A stretch of DNA of 64,000 nucleotides from an uncultured Methanoregulaceae archaeon (GTDB lineage Archaea > Halobacteriota > Methanomicrobia > Methanomicrobiales > Methanospirillaceae): positions 53,049-117,048 of the forward strand of contig OY969564.1 of the NCBI GenBank assembly GCA_963701095.1. Reading direction: 5' to 3'. Under the pieces are notes generated by a model that saw only the letters and a list, made by a program, of their open reading frames with translations, searched no databases and was not told the DNA's origin. A program made the translations under genes and the position numbers. Shown in pieces: positions 22,228 through 32,472 of this stretch (positions within the stretch are counted from its first letter, which is position 1; each line of letters opens with the position of its first letter).

Positions 22228-23040
22228 ATGGATTTGTTTCAGCTTATTATTCTTGGCATCGTCCAGGGAATTACAGAATGGATCCCCATTAGTTCCAAAA
22301 CACAGGTGACTTTTGTGTACCTGAAAGTTTTCCAGGGAAATCCTTCTCTTGTGATTCCAATCCTTTTGGCCGTTCACCTTGGAACTGTAGTGGCCGCTAC
22401 CTTTTATTTCCGGAACGAAATTGCAGGTATTTTATCTGATATCGCTGCGCATCCCCGGGATTTCAACCGGCAAGCCAACGGAAAGGTCGGATTTCTGTTC
22501 ACAGCACTTCTCTTCACCGGCATTATCGGCATCCCCTTGCTTCTTGCAGAAAAATGGTTCTTCCCAATGCTGAATGGTGGTCTGCTTTACGCCGTTATGG
22601 GAGGTGGGCTTATTGTGACCGGTTTTCTTCTCCTATCTCATAAGACCGGGAATACCCGTGAAATCAAAGATGTGAGCTGGAAAGATGGCATCCTTACCGG
22701 AGCTCTTCAGGGTTTTAGTATTCTTCCCGGGATTTCGCGATCCGGAACCAGCACTACCGGACTCATCTGGCAGAGATTTGACAGCGAAAGCAGCTTTTAT
22801 CTCAGCTTCCTTTTAAGTATCCCGACAGTCATACTCGCCGAAATCATCCTGAATTATGGGAGTGTCGGATTAAAGGGATTGCCGGCTTACGACTGTATCG
22901 TCCTCTTCCTCGTCAGTTTAGTCGTTGGGTATCTTACTCTCGATGGCTTGTTGAGAGTGGTAAAACGGGTAAATATTGCGTATCTGGTCCTTTTCCTTGG
23001 TGTGCTTATAATTGCTGTGGGTTTATCGGGATTCGGATAA
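22228..23040 (+). CDS. uppP: undecaprenyl-diphosphatase (BacA family)
   Basis: GIVQGITEWIPISS, PGISRSG. Confidence 0.9.
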   Translation: MDLFQLIILGIVQGITEWIPISSKTQVTFVYLKVFQGNPSLVIPILLAVHLGTVVAATFYFRNEIAGILSDIAAHPRDFNRQANGKVGFLFTALLFTGIIGIPLLLAEKWFFPMLNGGLLYAVMGGGLIVTGFLLLSHKTGNTREIKDVSWKDGILTGALQGFSILPGISRSGTSTTGLIWQRFDSESSFYLSFLLSIPTVILAEIILNYGSVGLKGLPAYDCIVLFLVSLVVGYLTLDGLLRVVKRVNIAYLVLFLGVLIIAVGLSGFG

Positions 23041-23202
23041 TCCCGGTTTTTGATCAGTCCCAGGATAAAACCCCTTTTTAAGAATAGGTTCAAATGATTT
23101 TATTCCCGATGTAACTTTTCATTAACGGTTATACGAGGCTATTTATCATTCCTGAGCAACGTTTGAATGCCAAAAAGTCCTATCACGAATGAGGGAGCCG
23201 GA

Positions 23203-23967
23203 ATGTTCAAAATTGTATTGCTGCGTCACGGTGAGAGTGCCTGGAACCGCGAGAACCGGTTTACCGGATGGACTGATGTTGACCTGTCTGAAAAAGGAAA
23301 GGAAGAAGCTCGCCGGGCAGCAACCCTTCTTACAGATGCCGGCTTTTCTTTTGACATTACCTATACCTCAATGCTCCGGCGGGCGATCCGGACCCTGTGG
23401 ATCGTCCTTGACGAGATGGACCTGATGTATCTTCCGGTATACCATTCATGGCGGTTGAATGAACGGCATTATGGTTCCCTGCAGGGGCTCGACAAAGAGG
23501 AGATGACAGAAAAGTACGGGGAAGAACAGGTCCGTGCGTGGCGCCGGGGATATGCTATCCGCCCTCCGGCTCTCAAAGAAAATGATCCCCGGCACCCGCG
23601 GTTCGATCCCCGGTATGCATGTCTTAAGAAAAAAGAACTTCCCTCGACAGAATCGCTCGAAGATACCCTGGACCGGGCAGTACCGTACTGGAAAAACGTT
23701 ATCGTGCCATCTGTAACGGACGGGAAGCGGGTTCTTGTATCAGCCCATGGTAACAGCATCCGCGCTCTCGTCAAACATCTCGACGGCGTACCGGATGATG
23801 AGATCACCGATCTCAATATTCCGACCGGTTTTCCCCTGGTCTATGAGCTTGATGATTTCCTGCAACCGGTCCGGCACTACTACCTGGGGGATAAAGAAGA
23901 GATCCGTCGCGCTACTGAATCGGTAGCAAACCAAGGTGCGGCGACCGGAAAAGATCCCATCCCTTGA
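23203..23967 (+). CDS. gpmA: 2,3-bisphosphoglycerate-dependent phosphoglycerate mutase
   Basis: LLRHGES, LNERHYG, AHGNSIR, NIPTG. Confidence 0.95.
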   Translation: MFKIVLLRHGESAWNRENRFTGWTDVDLSEKGKEEARRAATLLTDAGFSFDITYTSMLRRAIRTLWIVLDEMDLMYLPVYHSWRLNERHYGSLQGLDKEEMTEKYGEEQVRAWRRGYAIRPPALKENDPRHPRFDPRYACLKKKELPSTESLEDTLDRAVPYWKNVIVPSVTDGKRVLVSAHGNSIRALVKHLDGVPDDEITDLNIPTGFPLVYELDDFLQPVRHYYLGDKEEIRRATESVANQGAATGKDPIP

Positions 23968-23979
23968 AAGGAATTTCAC

Positions 23980-25350
23980 ATGACTGGCATTTTCAAGGCA
24001 TACGATGTTAGGGGTGTGTACCCTGGTGAACTGGACGAAACTACCGCTGAAAAGATCGGTGTGGCATTTGCAAATCTTATGAATTCAGGTTCAATCGCGG
24101 TCGGAAGAGACTGCAGACCCTCTTCTCCGGCCATTGCATCTGCATTTATCCGGGGATATATTAGGGGGGGAGGTCGCGTAACCGACTTCGGCCTGGCCAG
24201 CTCTCCTCTCTTGTACTATGCAATTATTTCAGGAAATTTTGATGGCGGGGCAATGGTCACTGCATCCCATCTTCCCCCGGAGATAAACGGCATTAAACTC
24301 TGTCGGGAGCAGGCAATTCCCCTGTCCGGTGACAAAGGGCTTCCTGCACTCGAGCATTTGGTGGCGACAGACCCCGGGAAAGGACAGACACCTGATAGGC
24401 CGGCTCCCGGTTTGTATACACGAGGGGATATGACGGGTTCCTACATCGATATGGTTGCCGGATTTATTCATGCCCGACGACCACTTACTCTTGCAATCGA
24501 TGCAGGTGATGGTATGGCAGGACCGGAGATCCAGCGGCTCTTTGCAAAAATTCCTACACTTACAACGGTAGCCGTTAATCTTGAACCGGATGGCCGGTTC
24601 CCCCACCATGGGGCAAATCCGTTCCTCTTGTCAGCTACAAACGAACTGCAGGAACTTGTACGAGAATCAGGTGCGGATTTCGGCGCTGCGTTTGACGGTG
24701 ATGCAGACCGGTGTATCTTTATCGATGAAAAGGGGGCACGGGTGCCCGCAGATCTGGTCACGGCCCTTATCGCACAGCATTACCTCCTCCAGGAACCAGG
24801 TGCGACGGTCCTCTACGACCTGCGTTCGAGCCGCGTAGTGGCGGAAACTGTTTCACACGCCGGCGGAAGAGGGTTACGTTGCCGGGTCGGTCATGCATTT
24901 ATCAAAGAACAGATGCGCCAGGAAAACGCCCTGTTTGCCGGTGAGCTCTCAGGCCATTATTACTTCAGGGACACCGGGTTCTGCGATAATGGCATCATTG
25001 CCATGGTCCAGATGATCAACCTCCTTTCGGAAAAAGATCTACCCCTTTCACAGTTGGTTGCTCCCCTGAAAAAATACTCATCGACCGGTGAGATCAATAT
25101 ACAGGTAAACAGACTTGATTTAATCATGGGGGCTCTCAGGTCCGCTTTTCCAGATGCTCAAACAAACACACTTGACGGTCTGACGATGGAATATCCTGCA
25201 TGGTGGTTTAATATTCGATCATCCCATACTGAACCGCTCATCCGGCTTAACCTTGAAGCCGATACAAAAGCATGCATGAATAAATATACAAGCGAAGTCC
25301 TGCAGGTCATCAGGGATGCAGATCCGTCAATCCAGATCGAAAAAGAATAG
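23980..25350 (+). CDS. phosphomannomutase/phosphoglucomutase
   Basis: TASH, FDGDADR, GELSGH. Confidence 0.9.
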   Translation: MTGIFKAYDVRGVYPGELDETTAEKIGVAFANLMNSGSIAVGRDCRPSSPAIASAFIRGYIRGGGRVTDFGLASSPLLYYAIISGNFDGGAMVTASHLPPEINGIKLCREQAIPLSGDKGLPALEHLVATDPGKGQTPDRPAPGLYTRGDMTGSYIDMVAGFIHARRPLTLAIDAGDGMAGPEIQRLFAKIPTLTTVAVNLEPDGRFPHHGANPFLLSATNELQELVRESGADFGAAFDGDADRCIFIDEKGARVPADLVTALIAQHYLLQEPGATVLYDLRSSRVVAETVSHAGGRGLRCRVGHAFIKEQMRQENALFAGELSGHYYFRDTGFCDNGIIAMVQMINLLSEKDLPLSQLVAPLKKYSSTGEINIQVNRLDLIMGALRSAFPDAQTNTLDGLTMEYPAWWFNIRSSHTEPLIRLNLEADTKACMNKYTSEVLQVIRDADPSIQIEKE

Positions 25351-25389
25351 AAATAAAACTCCAAGATCTTTTCAGGAAACGCTCATTTT

Positions 25390-26574
25390 TTACCGGTTAA
25401 GTAAAACATCGACTCCGGGAAGAGTTTTTCCCGAAAGGAACCGCAGGAAAGCGCCTCCCCCAGTGGAGACATGCGTCATCTTTCCTGCAATCCCGAGCTG
25501 TGTTACCGCTTCAGCGGTAGATCCTCCGCCGACTACGGTCGTTCCCGAAAGCCCGGCAAGTGCCTGTGCTACGGCTTTCGTCCCATTAGAGAATTGTGGA
25601 ATTTCAAATATACCCATCGGACCGTTCCATGCGACGGTCTGGCATTGATGGATTTCTTGTGTAAATTCCGCAATAGTCAGAGGTCCAATATCAGCAATGA
25701 TGTAATCCGGTGGAATCTGGTCCGATGGGACGATGAGGGAAGGTGATCCCGGCTCAGGTTTTTTGGTGACAACGAAATCTTCCGGTAATAATATTCGGAC
25801 TCCCCGGGAGGTCGCATCACGCAGGATCGTTTCAACAACCTTCATTTTGTTGGTCTCAACTGGGGAATTACCGACAGGATTCCCATGGATCTTCAGAAAG
25901 GTTGCAACCGCTCCTCCACCTACAAGAACAAGATCTACTTTTGGTATGATATTTTCCAAAATCCCGATCTTCTCTTCGACTTTTGCCCCGCCAAGAATAA
26001 CCGCAAAAGGCCGGTCCGGATGTTCGAGGAGACTACTTAGCTGTTCGATCTCTTTTTCCATAAGAAGGCCGGCGACGCAGGGTAAGAATTTGGAAATGCC
26101 CGCAACCGAGGCGTGGGAACGGTGACTGGCGCCAAAAGCATCATTCACATAGAGATCTGCGAGCCGGGAGAGATCCTGGGAAAAACCGAAATTATTTTCC
26201 TCTTCGCCCGGGTAGAACCTCAGGTTTTCCAGGAGAACCACATCTCCATCTTTCAAACCAGCCACGGTTTTTTCGACGCTGGGCCCGATTGCTTCCCGCA
26301 GCGATACAACCGGTTTTTCCAGAAGTTCGGACAATCTGCGGGCAACCGGCGCTAATCGCAGACGCTCATCTATAATCCCATGCGGCCTGCCAAGATGGGA
26401 ACAGAGTATGACTTTGGCGGAATGATTAATAAGGAAGGTAATAGTCGGCAGGCAGGCTCTGATGCGGCTGTCATCTTCTATAGTACCGTCAGGACCAAGC
26501 GGGACGTTGAAATCTACCCTGACCAGTACCCGTTTTCCACTGACATCAACATCCTTCACGGTTTTCTTCTGCAT
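25390..26574 (-). CDS. pgk: phosphoglycerate kinase
   Basis: RVDFNVP, SHLGRP, LLENLRF, WNGPMG, STGGGA. Confidence 0.95.
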   Translation of the reverse strand: MQKKTVKDVDVSGKRVLVRVDFNVPLGPDGTIEDDSRIRACLPTITFLINHSAKVILCSHLGRPHGIIDERLRLAPVARRLSELLEKPVVSLREAIGPSVEKTVAGLKDGDVVLLENLRFYPGEEENNFGFSQDLSRLADLYVNDAFGASHRSHASVAGISKFLPCVAGLLMEKEIEQLSSLLEHPDRPFAVILGGAKVEEKIGILENIIPKVDLVLVGGGAVATFLKIHGNPVGNSPVETNKMKVVETILRDATSRGVRILLPEDFVVTKKPEPGSPSLIVPSDQIPPDYIIADIGPLTIAEFTQEIHQCQTVAWNGPMGIFEIPQFSNGTKAVAQALAGLSGTTVVGGGSTAEAVTQLGIAGKMTHVSTGGGAFLRFLSGKTLPGVDVLLNR

Positions 26575-26755
26575 CCTTTCATCACCCTTCGCACTGACAG
26601 ATATCGGTTTCTATAGCACACGGTTACCCGGTACTCGAATATAAATGCTGCAGGCACTTCTCTTTTCGTGAAACATCGCCAAGACCTGTGCATTTTTCAT
26701 GAAATGCGTATCGAAACCTTTTCTTTGCTGGAGGGATCATAACCTGTGACAGACC

Positions 26756-27835
26756 ATGCCCGTCATGATGATTCGCGGTGGTGATCTCGATCTCGTAGAA
26801 TACGAGTTCCGGACATTCCTTCCCGGCGAGGTCACAAAAACGCTCGGCCTTGAAAAAAATAAGTACCGTCTGCACCCAAAAAAAGGTAAAGTCGTTGTAA
26901 AAGCACCGGCCCGCATACACCTCTCTGTTCTTGATATGAACCGGTTTGCTCCTGACCATGCCGGAGGCGGGGGGATCGGGTTTGCCATCCAGTGCTACTG
27001 TACAGCCGAAGTTGAATGCACCCGCCAAGGTCTTTTGATCGATTACAGCCGGTCTGCTATTATTGAAAACTTTGTGGCAGTCTTTAACAAAGCCGTCGGC
27101 TATACCGGCGGTTTCAAGATAAAAGCTACAGATCATGAACGTAAACATGTCGGTCTGGGATCAACCAGCACCGTTATGATTGCGGTAGCGACTGCGTTAA
27201 ACGAGGCGGTCGGTGCCCCGCTTTCCAACGCAGAGTTACGCCAGCTCATCGGCCATAACTATGTCGAAGAGACCGCTGATGGCACTATAGCATTTGGTTT
27301 CGAGACAGGCGTTGGCCCTGCAGCAAGTACTAACGGCGGTATGGCGGTGATGGGTGACGAACTGGTTCTGGTGTACCATCACTCATTTGCAGAAGGAAAG
27401 AATGTCTTTATTGTGGTACCACCCACGGACATTTCCTCTGCCGGCACAAAAGAGTTCGACCTCCTCATGAACCGGGCACGGACCCTCGACTACCGGGACC
27501 GGGAACTCAAAGCGTATTTCCTCATGATGGATTTTATTCCGGCACTTGAACACAACGATTTGAAAAAGATCGGGGATATTGTCTGGGAGATTGAATTCCG
27601 AGGATCGAAACGGGCAGAAATCGAGCACCATAGTTACCGGATCTACCAGTATATGAGTATGCTCCGTGAAGCCGGCCTCGAGTTCGTTGGCATGAGTTCT
27701 GTGGGCCCGTCAATTGCAATCGTAACAGATAAAACCCGCCGGGAAATCCAGAAGATCCTTTCGCCGCTTGATCTTACGATTGCAATTGCAACAAAAGTCG
27801 ATAATAACGGTATGACCCTAACTTTCGGGAAATAG
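26756..27835 (+). CDS. GHMP-kinase superfamily protein (beta-RFAP-synthase-like)
   Basis: PARIHL, HVGLGSTS, GMSSVGP. Confidence 0.8.
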   Translation: MPVMMIRGGDLDLVEYEFRTFLPGEVTKTLGLEKNKYRLHPKKGKVVVKAPARIHLSVLDMNRFAPDHAGGGGIGFAIQCYCTAEVECTRQGLLIDYSRSAIIENFVAVFNKAVGYTGGFKIKATDHERKHVGLGSTSTVMIAVATALNEAVGAPLSNAELRQLIGHNYVEETADGTIAFGFETGVGPAASTNGGMAVMGDELVLVYHHSFAEGKNVFIVVPPTDISSAGTKEFDLLMNRARTLDYRDRELKAYFLMMDFIPALEHNDLKKIGDIVWEIEFRGSKRAEIEHHSYRIYQYMSMLREAGLEFVGMSSVGPSIAIVTDKTRREIQKILSPLDLTIAIATKVDNNGMTLTFGK

Positions 27836-27898
27836 CCCTATCTTGGTACAGGATACATTTCTTTTTTTTCGGATTTCTGAAGGTTAATCCGGATAAAG

Positions 27899-28555
27899 TT
27901 ACTTCTCCTGCTTTTTCTTCTTCAGGTATGAATTAACGAGCCCTCCAAGCAGGAGGAGGATCGTTCCCGCGGTTACTACGAACACAAAAAGGAGAAGCAG
28001 GTTCATGTTCTCCCGGACAACCGGCAGTTTCCCCAGGTAATACCCGGCAAGTACAACCGTAAGGGTCCAGGAGATTGCCCCGAGCACGTTATAAAAGAGG
28101 AACCGGTGGTACTCCATGGTCCCGACACCTGCAAGAAACGGTGCGAATGACCGGACCACCGGTACGAACCGGGCGACGAAGATGGTTGTACCTCCATACT
28201 TCTCGAAAAAGGCATACGTATCGTCAATATACTCTTTTTTTACGAAGTTCGGGAACCGTTCCAGAAAAACATGGAGACCGATAAAGTTACCAATCCAGTA
28301 ATTTACCGTATCCCCACATATTGCACCCAAAACAAAGGCAAGGATAAGGAGATTAATGTTTAAGATGCCGCTTGCGGCAACTGCCCCGGAAACAAACAGC
28401 AGGGAATCCCCGGGTAAAAATGGCGTAATAACAAAACCGGTCTCAAAAAAAATGATACCAAAAAGTAAAAGGTACGTCCACAAGCCATAACTGTGTACCA
28501 CTGCAGCCAGATGCTGGTCGAGATGGAAAATAAGGCCGGCAATGGAGGCAATCAT
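27899..28555 (-). CDS. DedA/VTT family membrane protein
   Basis: FFETG..PFLPGDSLLF, ARFVPVVR. Confidence 0.9.
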   Translation of the reverse strand: MIASIAGLIFHLDQHLAAVVHSYGLWTYLLLFGIIFFETGFVITPFLPGDSLLFVSGAVAASGILNINLLILAFVLGAICGDTVNYWIGNFIGLHVFLERFPNFVKKEYIDDTYAFFEKYGGTTIFVARFVPVVRSFAPFLAGVGTMEYHRFLFYNVLGAISWTLTVVLAGYYLGKLPVVRENMNLLLLFVFVVTAGTILLLLGGLVNSYLKKKKQEK

Positions 28556-28652
28556 GAATGGTACAAATATAAGTTAAACTGCCTATATCAACCTGAGGCA
28601 TCGACCGTCTTCTGAAACGATCCCGTATAATAAAAAGAAGGGCGAACCTAAT

Positions 28653-29540
28653 ATGGTAAAAACAAATCAGATATGCATTATGAGCGTCAGGATCCAGCAA
28701 GCCCGATTCCTGTTGCCGGCAATAATGTGCGGCTTTCTCTGCCTCGCATTTCTGGTTGTCGCCCCGGCAGCGGCATTTACTGCAGATTCCCTCAATATTA
28801 CGGTTGGGACAAACGGTGACGCTACTGCCGTCTTCCAGTTTACCCTTGATGGCGTTATCGAAAATGCAATCCCCCAATCCATTCTTGAGAATCAGCTGGT
28901 TCAGGGACTTGCCACCGGCGCTAGTCAGACGCAGATTATCTCTTTTAATAACTCAGAGGCGACTCTCCTTTTAAAAAATTTTGCAACAACAAACGATGTA
29001 CCTACCGGTACAGAGTACCAGACTGCGTCCATGAATTTTACAAAAGCCCAGATCGCTTTACAAAATTCTGCCGTGAGTACAGTCATATCCGCAGATTTTT
29101 CACCTGAAATCACAACAGTTACGTTCCCGGACGGGTATTCCCGCCAGTTTTTCTCGTCATCAGTCCTGCCAAGCCTGGATCATATCGTTGTCAATCCTGG
29201 ACAAAGCGGGACCTCAGCAGGCACTCCGGCTTATGGATCCCTCGAAGTAAATACCACTCCTGAACATACTCATGTATATATCGATTCGATTTATGTCGGT
29301 GACAGTCCGGGTATGTTTCCTGAAATTACTCCGGGCAATCATCTGGTTTCCCTGCAGGCTGACGGTTTTATTCCTCTCAATACAACGGTAAACGTAAAAG
29401 CCGGGAATATAACGCAGCTTTTTGGAGACTTGGACTTTGCCACTACACCGACAAAAAAGTCAGTTGCGCCGGATGCCGGCATGATAATTGCAATGCTGTC
29501 TTTTGCCTTTTGCGGTATGTCCTTCCTGTACAGGAAATAA
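28653..29540 (+). CDS. secreted PEGA-domain protein
   Basis: Signal peptide, GSLEVNTTP..VYID, C-terminal TM plus RK. Confidence 0.8.
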   Translation: MVKTNQICIMSVRIQQARFLLPAIMCGFLCLAFLVVAPAAAFTADSLNITVGTNGDATAVFQFTLDGVIENAIPQSILENQLVQGLATGASQTQIISFNNSEATLLLKNFATTNDVPTGTEYQTASMNFTKAQIALQNSAVSTVISADFSPEITTVTFPDGYSRQFFSSSVLPSLDHIVVNPGQSGTSAGTPAYGSLEVNTTPEHTHVYIDSIYVGDSPGMFPEITPGNHLVSLQADGFIPLNTTVNVKAGNITQLFGDLDFATTPTKKSVAPDAGMIIAMLSFAFCGMSFLYRK

Positions 29541-29662
29541 CCTCCGCAATTTTTAGAAAAACATCTTCAGATATGAAATTTCCAAGCGAACCCGGAGATT
29601 GCATCCCTGTCTATAAATCTTGAATAAAACCGCGAAACTGGATCTAAAAAAAGGAGGGATAT

Positions 29663-30160
29663 TTATCGCCGTGACCGGATCGCAAAGATCCCGACGATGA
29701 CAAAAGCGCCAAATACTGCAAACGGCAGGCTGCCTGAAGTGGTCGGTGCCGGAGAAGCGGCAGCGGTGGTTGCTTCAGATGCAGGTACTGTTGGCTGGGT
29801 TGCCGGAATAAGCGTTACCGGAATATCTATGGTTTCCTGATTTCCCGGTACCTGGGTAATGTTTGCAGTATACAGTGCATAGCCGGGTGCCTGAACAGAG
29901 ATTGTGCGGTATGGCGTACCGGTGCTGTATACGCTGACAGCCAGCGTGCCGTTCGTAATGACACCTTTATAATCCGAATCAAAGCTGACGTTTGCGCCAT
30001 TAACGTTGGCCTGAACAAGATACGTGCCCATACTGCCACCGATGAGTTGCGGGGCTGTTGTAGCCGTTGTGGTAACGGTCAGGTTTACTGAGGGGACTGC
30101 TGCTAGAACGCATCCGATCATAGCAATACAGACAAACAGGACAAGAATTAGTTTCTTCAT
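29663..30160 (-). CDS. secreted PEGA-like surface protein
   Basis: MKKLIL signal, T/A/P linker, C-terminal TM plus RSRR. Confidence 0.75.
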   Translation of the reverse strand: MKKLILVLFVCIAMIGCVLAAVPSVNLTVTTTATTAPQLIGGSMGTYLVQANVNGANVSFDSDYKGVITNGTLAVSVYSTGTPYRTISVQAPGYALYTANITQVPGNQETIDIPVTLIPATQPTVPASEATTAAASPAPTTSGSLPFAVFGAFVIVGIFAIRSRR

Positions 30161-30253
30161 ACAATCACTTCCACGTGACAAGAAAAGAAGGTTGTCAAGC
30201 CATTTAATAATTCCTTTGCATTCTGACGTGATTTAACGATATGAACGGTAATT

Positions 30254-30886
30254 TCAGATTTTTTTGGTAAATGAGGCTGATATCTCGGCTCGGTGAAGTA
30301 ATTGTCCGCGGACTTTCATTGTCCAGTACCGGGTCTGCAATTCACGTGGAACCAACAGATGAAATAAGGCGCTGACTTCATCTTCCGAAAAATAATGAGT
30401 CCCTATGCCGTTTTTTCGCGAAAATGTCTGCAATTCAATCTCAACACCGATACCAGCGCGGAAATCATATGTAGAAAAATCGGAAAAATACAGGGTTCCT
30501 CCGGGCCTGAGCACCCGTGCCGCTTCTCGTGCACAGCGGTTACGGCCTTCTGCTAAAATGTGGCCTATAACGTGGAAAGCAGTAACGGCATCGAAAGAAG
30601 CATCATAAAAAGGCAGGTTGCAGACATCGGCAATAGCAAAGTGACCCTTGGCATTTTTGGGCATATGGGATCGGCACAGGTGAACTGCAGAAGAAGAGAA
30701 ATCGATACCGACAACCTGGCACTTTTTTTCCAGCAGCGCATTACAGGTTTTTCCGTTGCCGCACCCCAGTTCAAGGACACGTTTTCCGTCATCCAGAGGT
30801 ATGTGCTGGTACATTGCGCCGGCCCAGATACGACCCCGGCGTGCATAATCGTTTTCCCAGTTATCTGGGCTGTGATATCCAGTCAT
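30254..30886 (-). CDS. class I SAM-dependent methyltransferase
   Basis: VLELGCGNG, LPF..FDAV, LRPGG. Confidence 0.9.
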   Translation of the reverse strand: MTGYHSPDNWENDYARRGRIWAGAMYQHIPLDDGKRVLELGCGNGKTCNALLEKKCQVVGIDFSSSAVHLCRSHMPKNAKGHFAIADVCNLPFYDASFDAVTAFHVIGHILAEGRNRCAREAARVLRPGGTLYFSDFSTYDFRAGIGVEIELQTFSRKNGIGTHYFSEDEVSALFHLLVPRELQTRYWTMKVRGQLLHRAEISASFTKKI

Positions 30887-30955
30887 TGTTGTATACGTAT
30901 GTCCGGTACGGTGCCTCAGAATTAGGCACTAAAAAAAGTGCCTGTTCCAATCTCT

Positions 30956-32236
30956 TTATTCGAGGAAATGGTGGGTAAGGTTCATAACATCCCGGTACGG
31001 GATAACACCGACAAGGTGGTTGTCGTTATCAGTAACCGGGATAGCCCGGAACCCGTACCGCTCGAATTCCTGTGAGGCATCCTTGAGTGTACTATCGGCA
31101 TTTAAGGAGATCACATTCTCTGACATGATCGATGAGAGTGGCGCTTTGTCGTCAGCAGTCAGCAGTTCCTTGAGATCAACGACGCCAAGAAGATGGTCGG
31201 CCCCGTCCGTTACGTAGATGTACATGATGACATCTTTTCCCCTGGCATGGTTCGGGTAATCGTTCTGCACGTACTCAACCAGAGTGTCTGGAAGGAATTT
31301 CAGGATTTTCTGTGTGGCGTAGTGGATTACCGTTTCTTCCTGTTTTTCCATGATTGAACGCACTTTCTTTGCGCTGTCAGGATTCATGGCCTCAAGGATG
31401 TCCTCGGCAGTCGAATGAGGAATTGCCGAAAGGACGTCAGCTGCCTGGCCGGGCGTCATAGTATTGATCAGGGGCACAACTTTTGCGGTATCGAGCGATG
31501 CGATAATATCCCGCTGGACGTTCGGCTCAATCTCTTCTAAAGTATCAGATGCATGTTCGTTATCCAGCGACGTAAAAACCGCAACACGCTGATCGTGATC
31601 GAGTTCCTCGAGAATATCAGCCATATCGACCGGATGAATTTCCGCGAGATTTTCCTTTAAAACGGTTAGTTTCACGTTACCCTTGAAACTGCCTATATTC
31701 GTCGGGAGTGGCTGGATGTAAGCCCAGGAGATCATCTGATCATCCTTGGCATCTGCGGATACCACCTTTGAAAGAAGGCCCAGACCGAGTCTTCTCAAGC
31801 GTGCGGATTTTCCAGTATCCACATCTGTAACATAAATCTTTTTGTTTCTAAATGTGAGCCGGATATCATACACGATTTCGACTTCGCTTTCTTCAAGGTC
31901 GAGAACTTTTTTATCCATCACATAATCCTTAAGGAGGATAGCATCTTCAGCAGGCTCTCCCTCAAACGGGGCAATGTCGGGGATATTGATCTCGACGCGG
32001 TGTTCAGCGAGCTCCACAACATTTTCCCATGGGATGATAAGACTGGGATTCCCAAATGATCGGGTGACATAAAGCGATTTTACTTCCGGTACTCGTGCGG
32101 TCTCCACAATAATGAGATCACTGAGCGTGCCGGTTTTTTTCCCCCTTAGCATGACAGGTATGCCGAGAATCTGACTGAGGAAGATCTCCCGATCTGTGGT
32201 TTTTGCAACACCTGCGGGCACTTCATTTTGTGTCAT
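30956..32236 (-). CDS. MgtE intracellular domain protein (PRC + MgtE_N + CBS pair)
   Basis: HPVDMADILEEL, tandem CBS domains, no TM region. Confidence 0.85.
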   Translation of the reverse strand: MTQNEVPAGVAKTTDREIFLSQILGIPVMLRGKKTGTLSDLIIVETARVPEVKSLYVTRSFGNPSLIIPWENVVELAEHRVEINIPDIAPFEGEPAEDAILLKDYVMDKKVLDLEESEVEIVYDIRLTFRNKKIYVTDVDTGKSARLRRLGLGLLSKVVSADAKDDQMISWAYIQPLPTNIGSFKGNVKLTVLKENLAEIHPVDMADILEELDHDQRVAVFTSLDNEHASDTLEEIEPNVQRDIIASLDTAKVVPLINTMTPGQAADVLSAIPHSTAEDILEAMNPDSAKKVRSIMEKQEETVIHYATQKILKFLPDTLVEYVQNDYPNHARGKDVIMYIYVTDGADHLLGVVDLKELLTADDKAPLSSIMSENVISLNADSTLKDASQEFERYGFRAIPVTDNDNHLVGVIPYRDVMNLTHHFLE

Positions 32237-32457
32237 GCCATGCTCCCTCCCGTAACAATAGTATAGAATTTGTAGGCAAGAAGTATTACTAAAAAGATCA
32301 GATAAATACGGAGCATGAGGAGGGCAAATTTAACGCCGGGAGACATGGTGATCCGGGGGTGTTCATATTTCTTATTAATCGCTGATATTGCAGCCATCCC
32401 GTTTGAAAAGACCGCTTTCACCGGTTCTATTATACCGTTTTTTAAGGTAAATGCCAT
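32233..32457 (-). CDS. small membrane protein in transporter operon
   Basis: Single TM; stop overlaps the downstream start; RBS GGAG. Confidence 0.7.
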   Translation of the reverse strand: MAFTLKNGIIEPVKAVFSNGMAAISAINKKYEHPRITMSPGVKFALLMLRIYLIFLVILLAYKFYTIVTGGSMA

Positions 32458-32472
32458 GATTACACCATCTCC

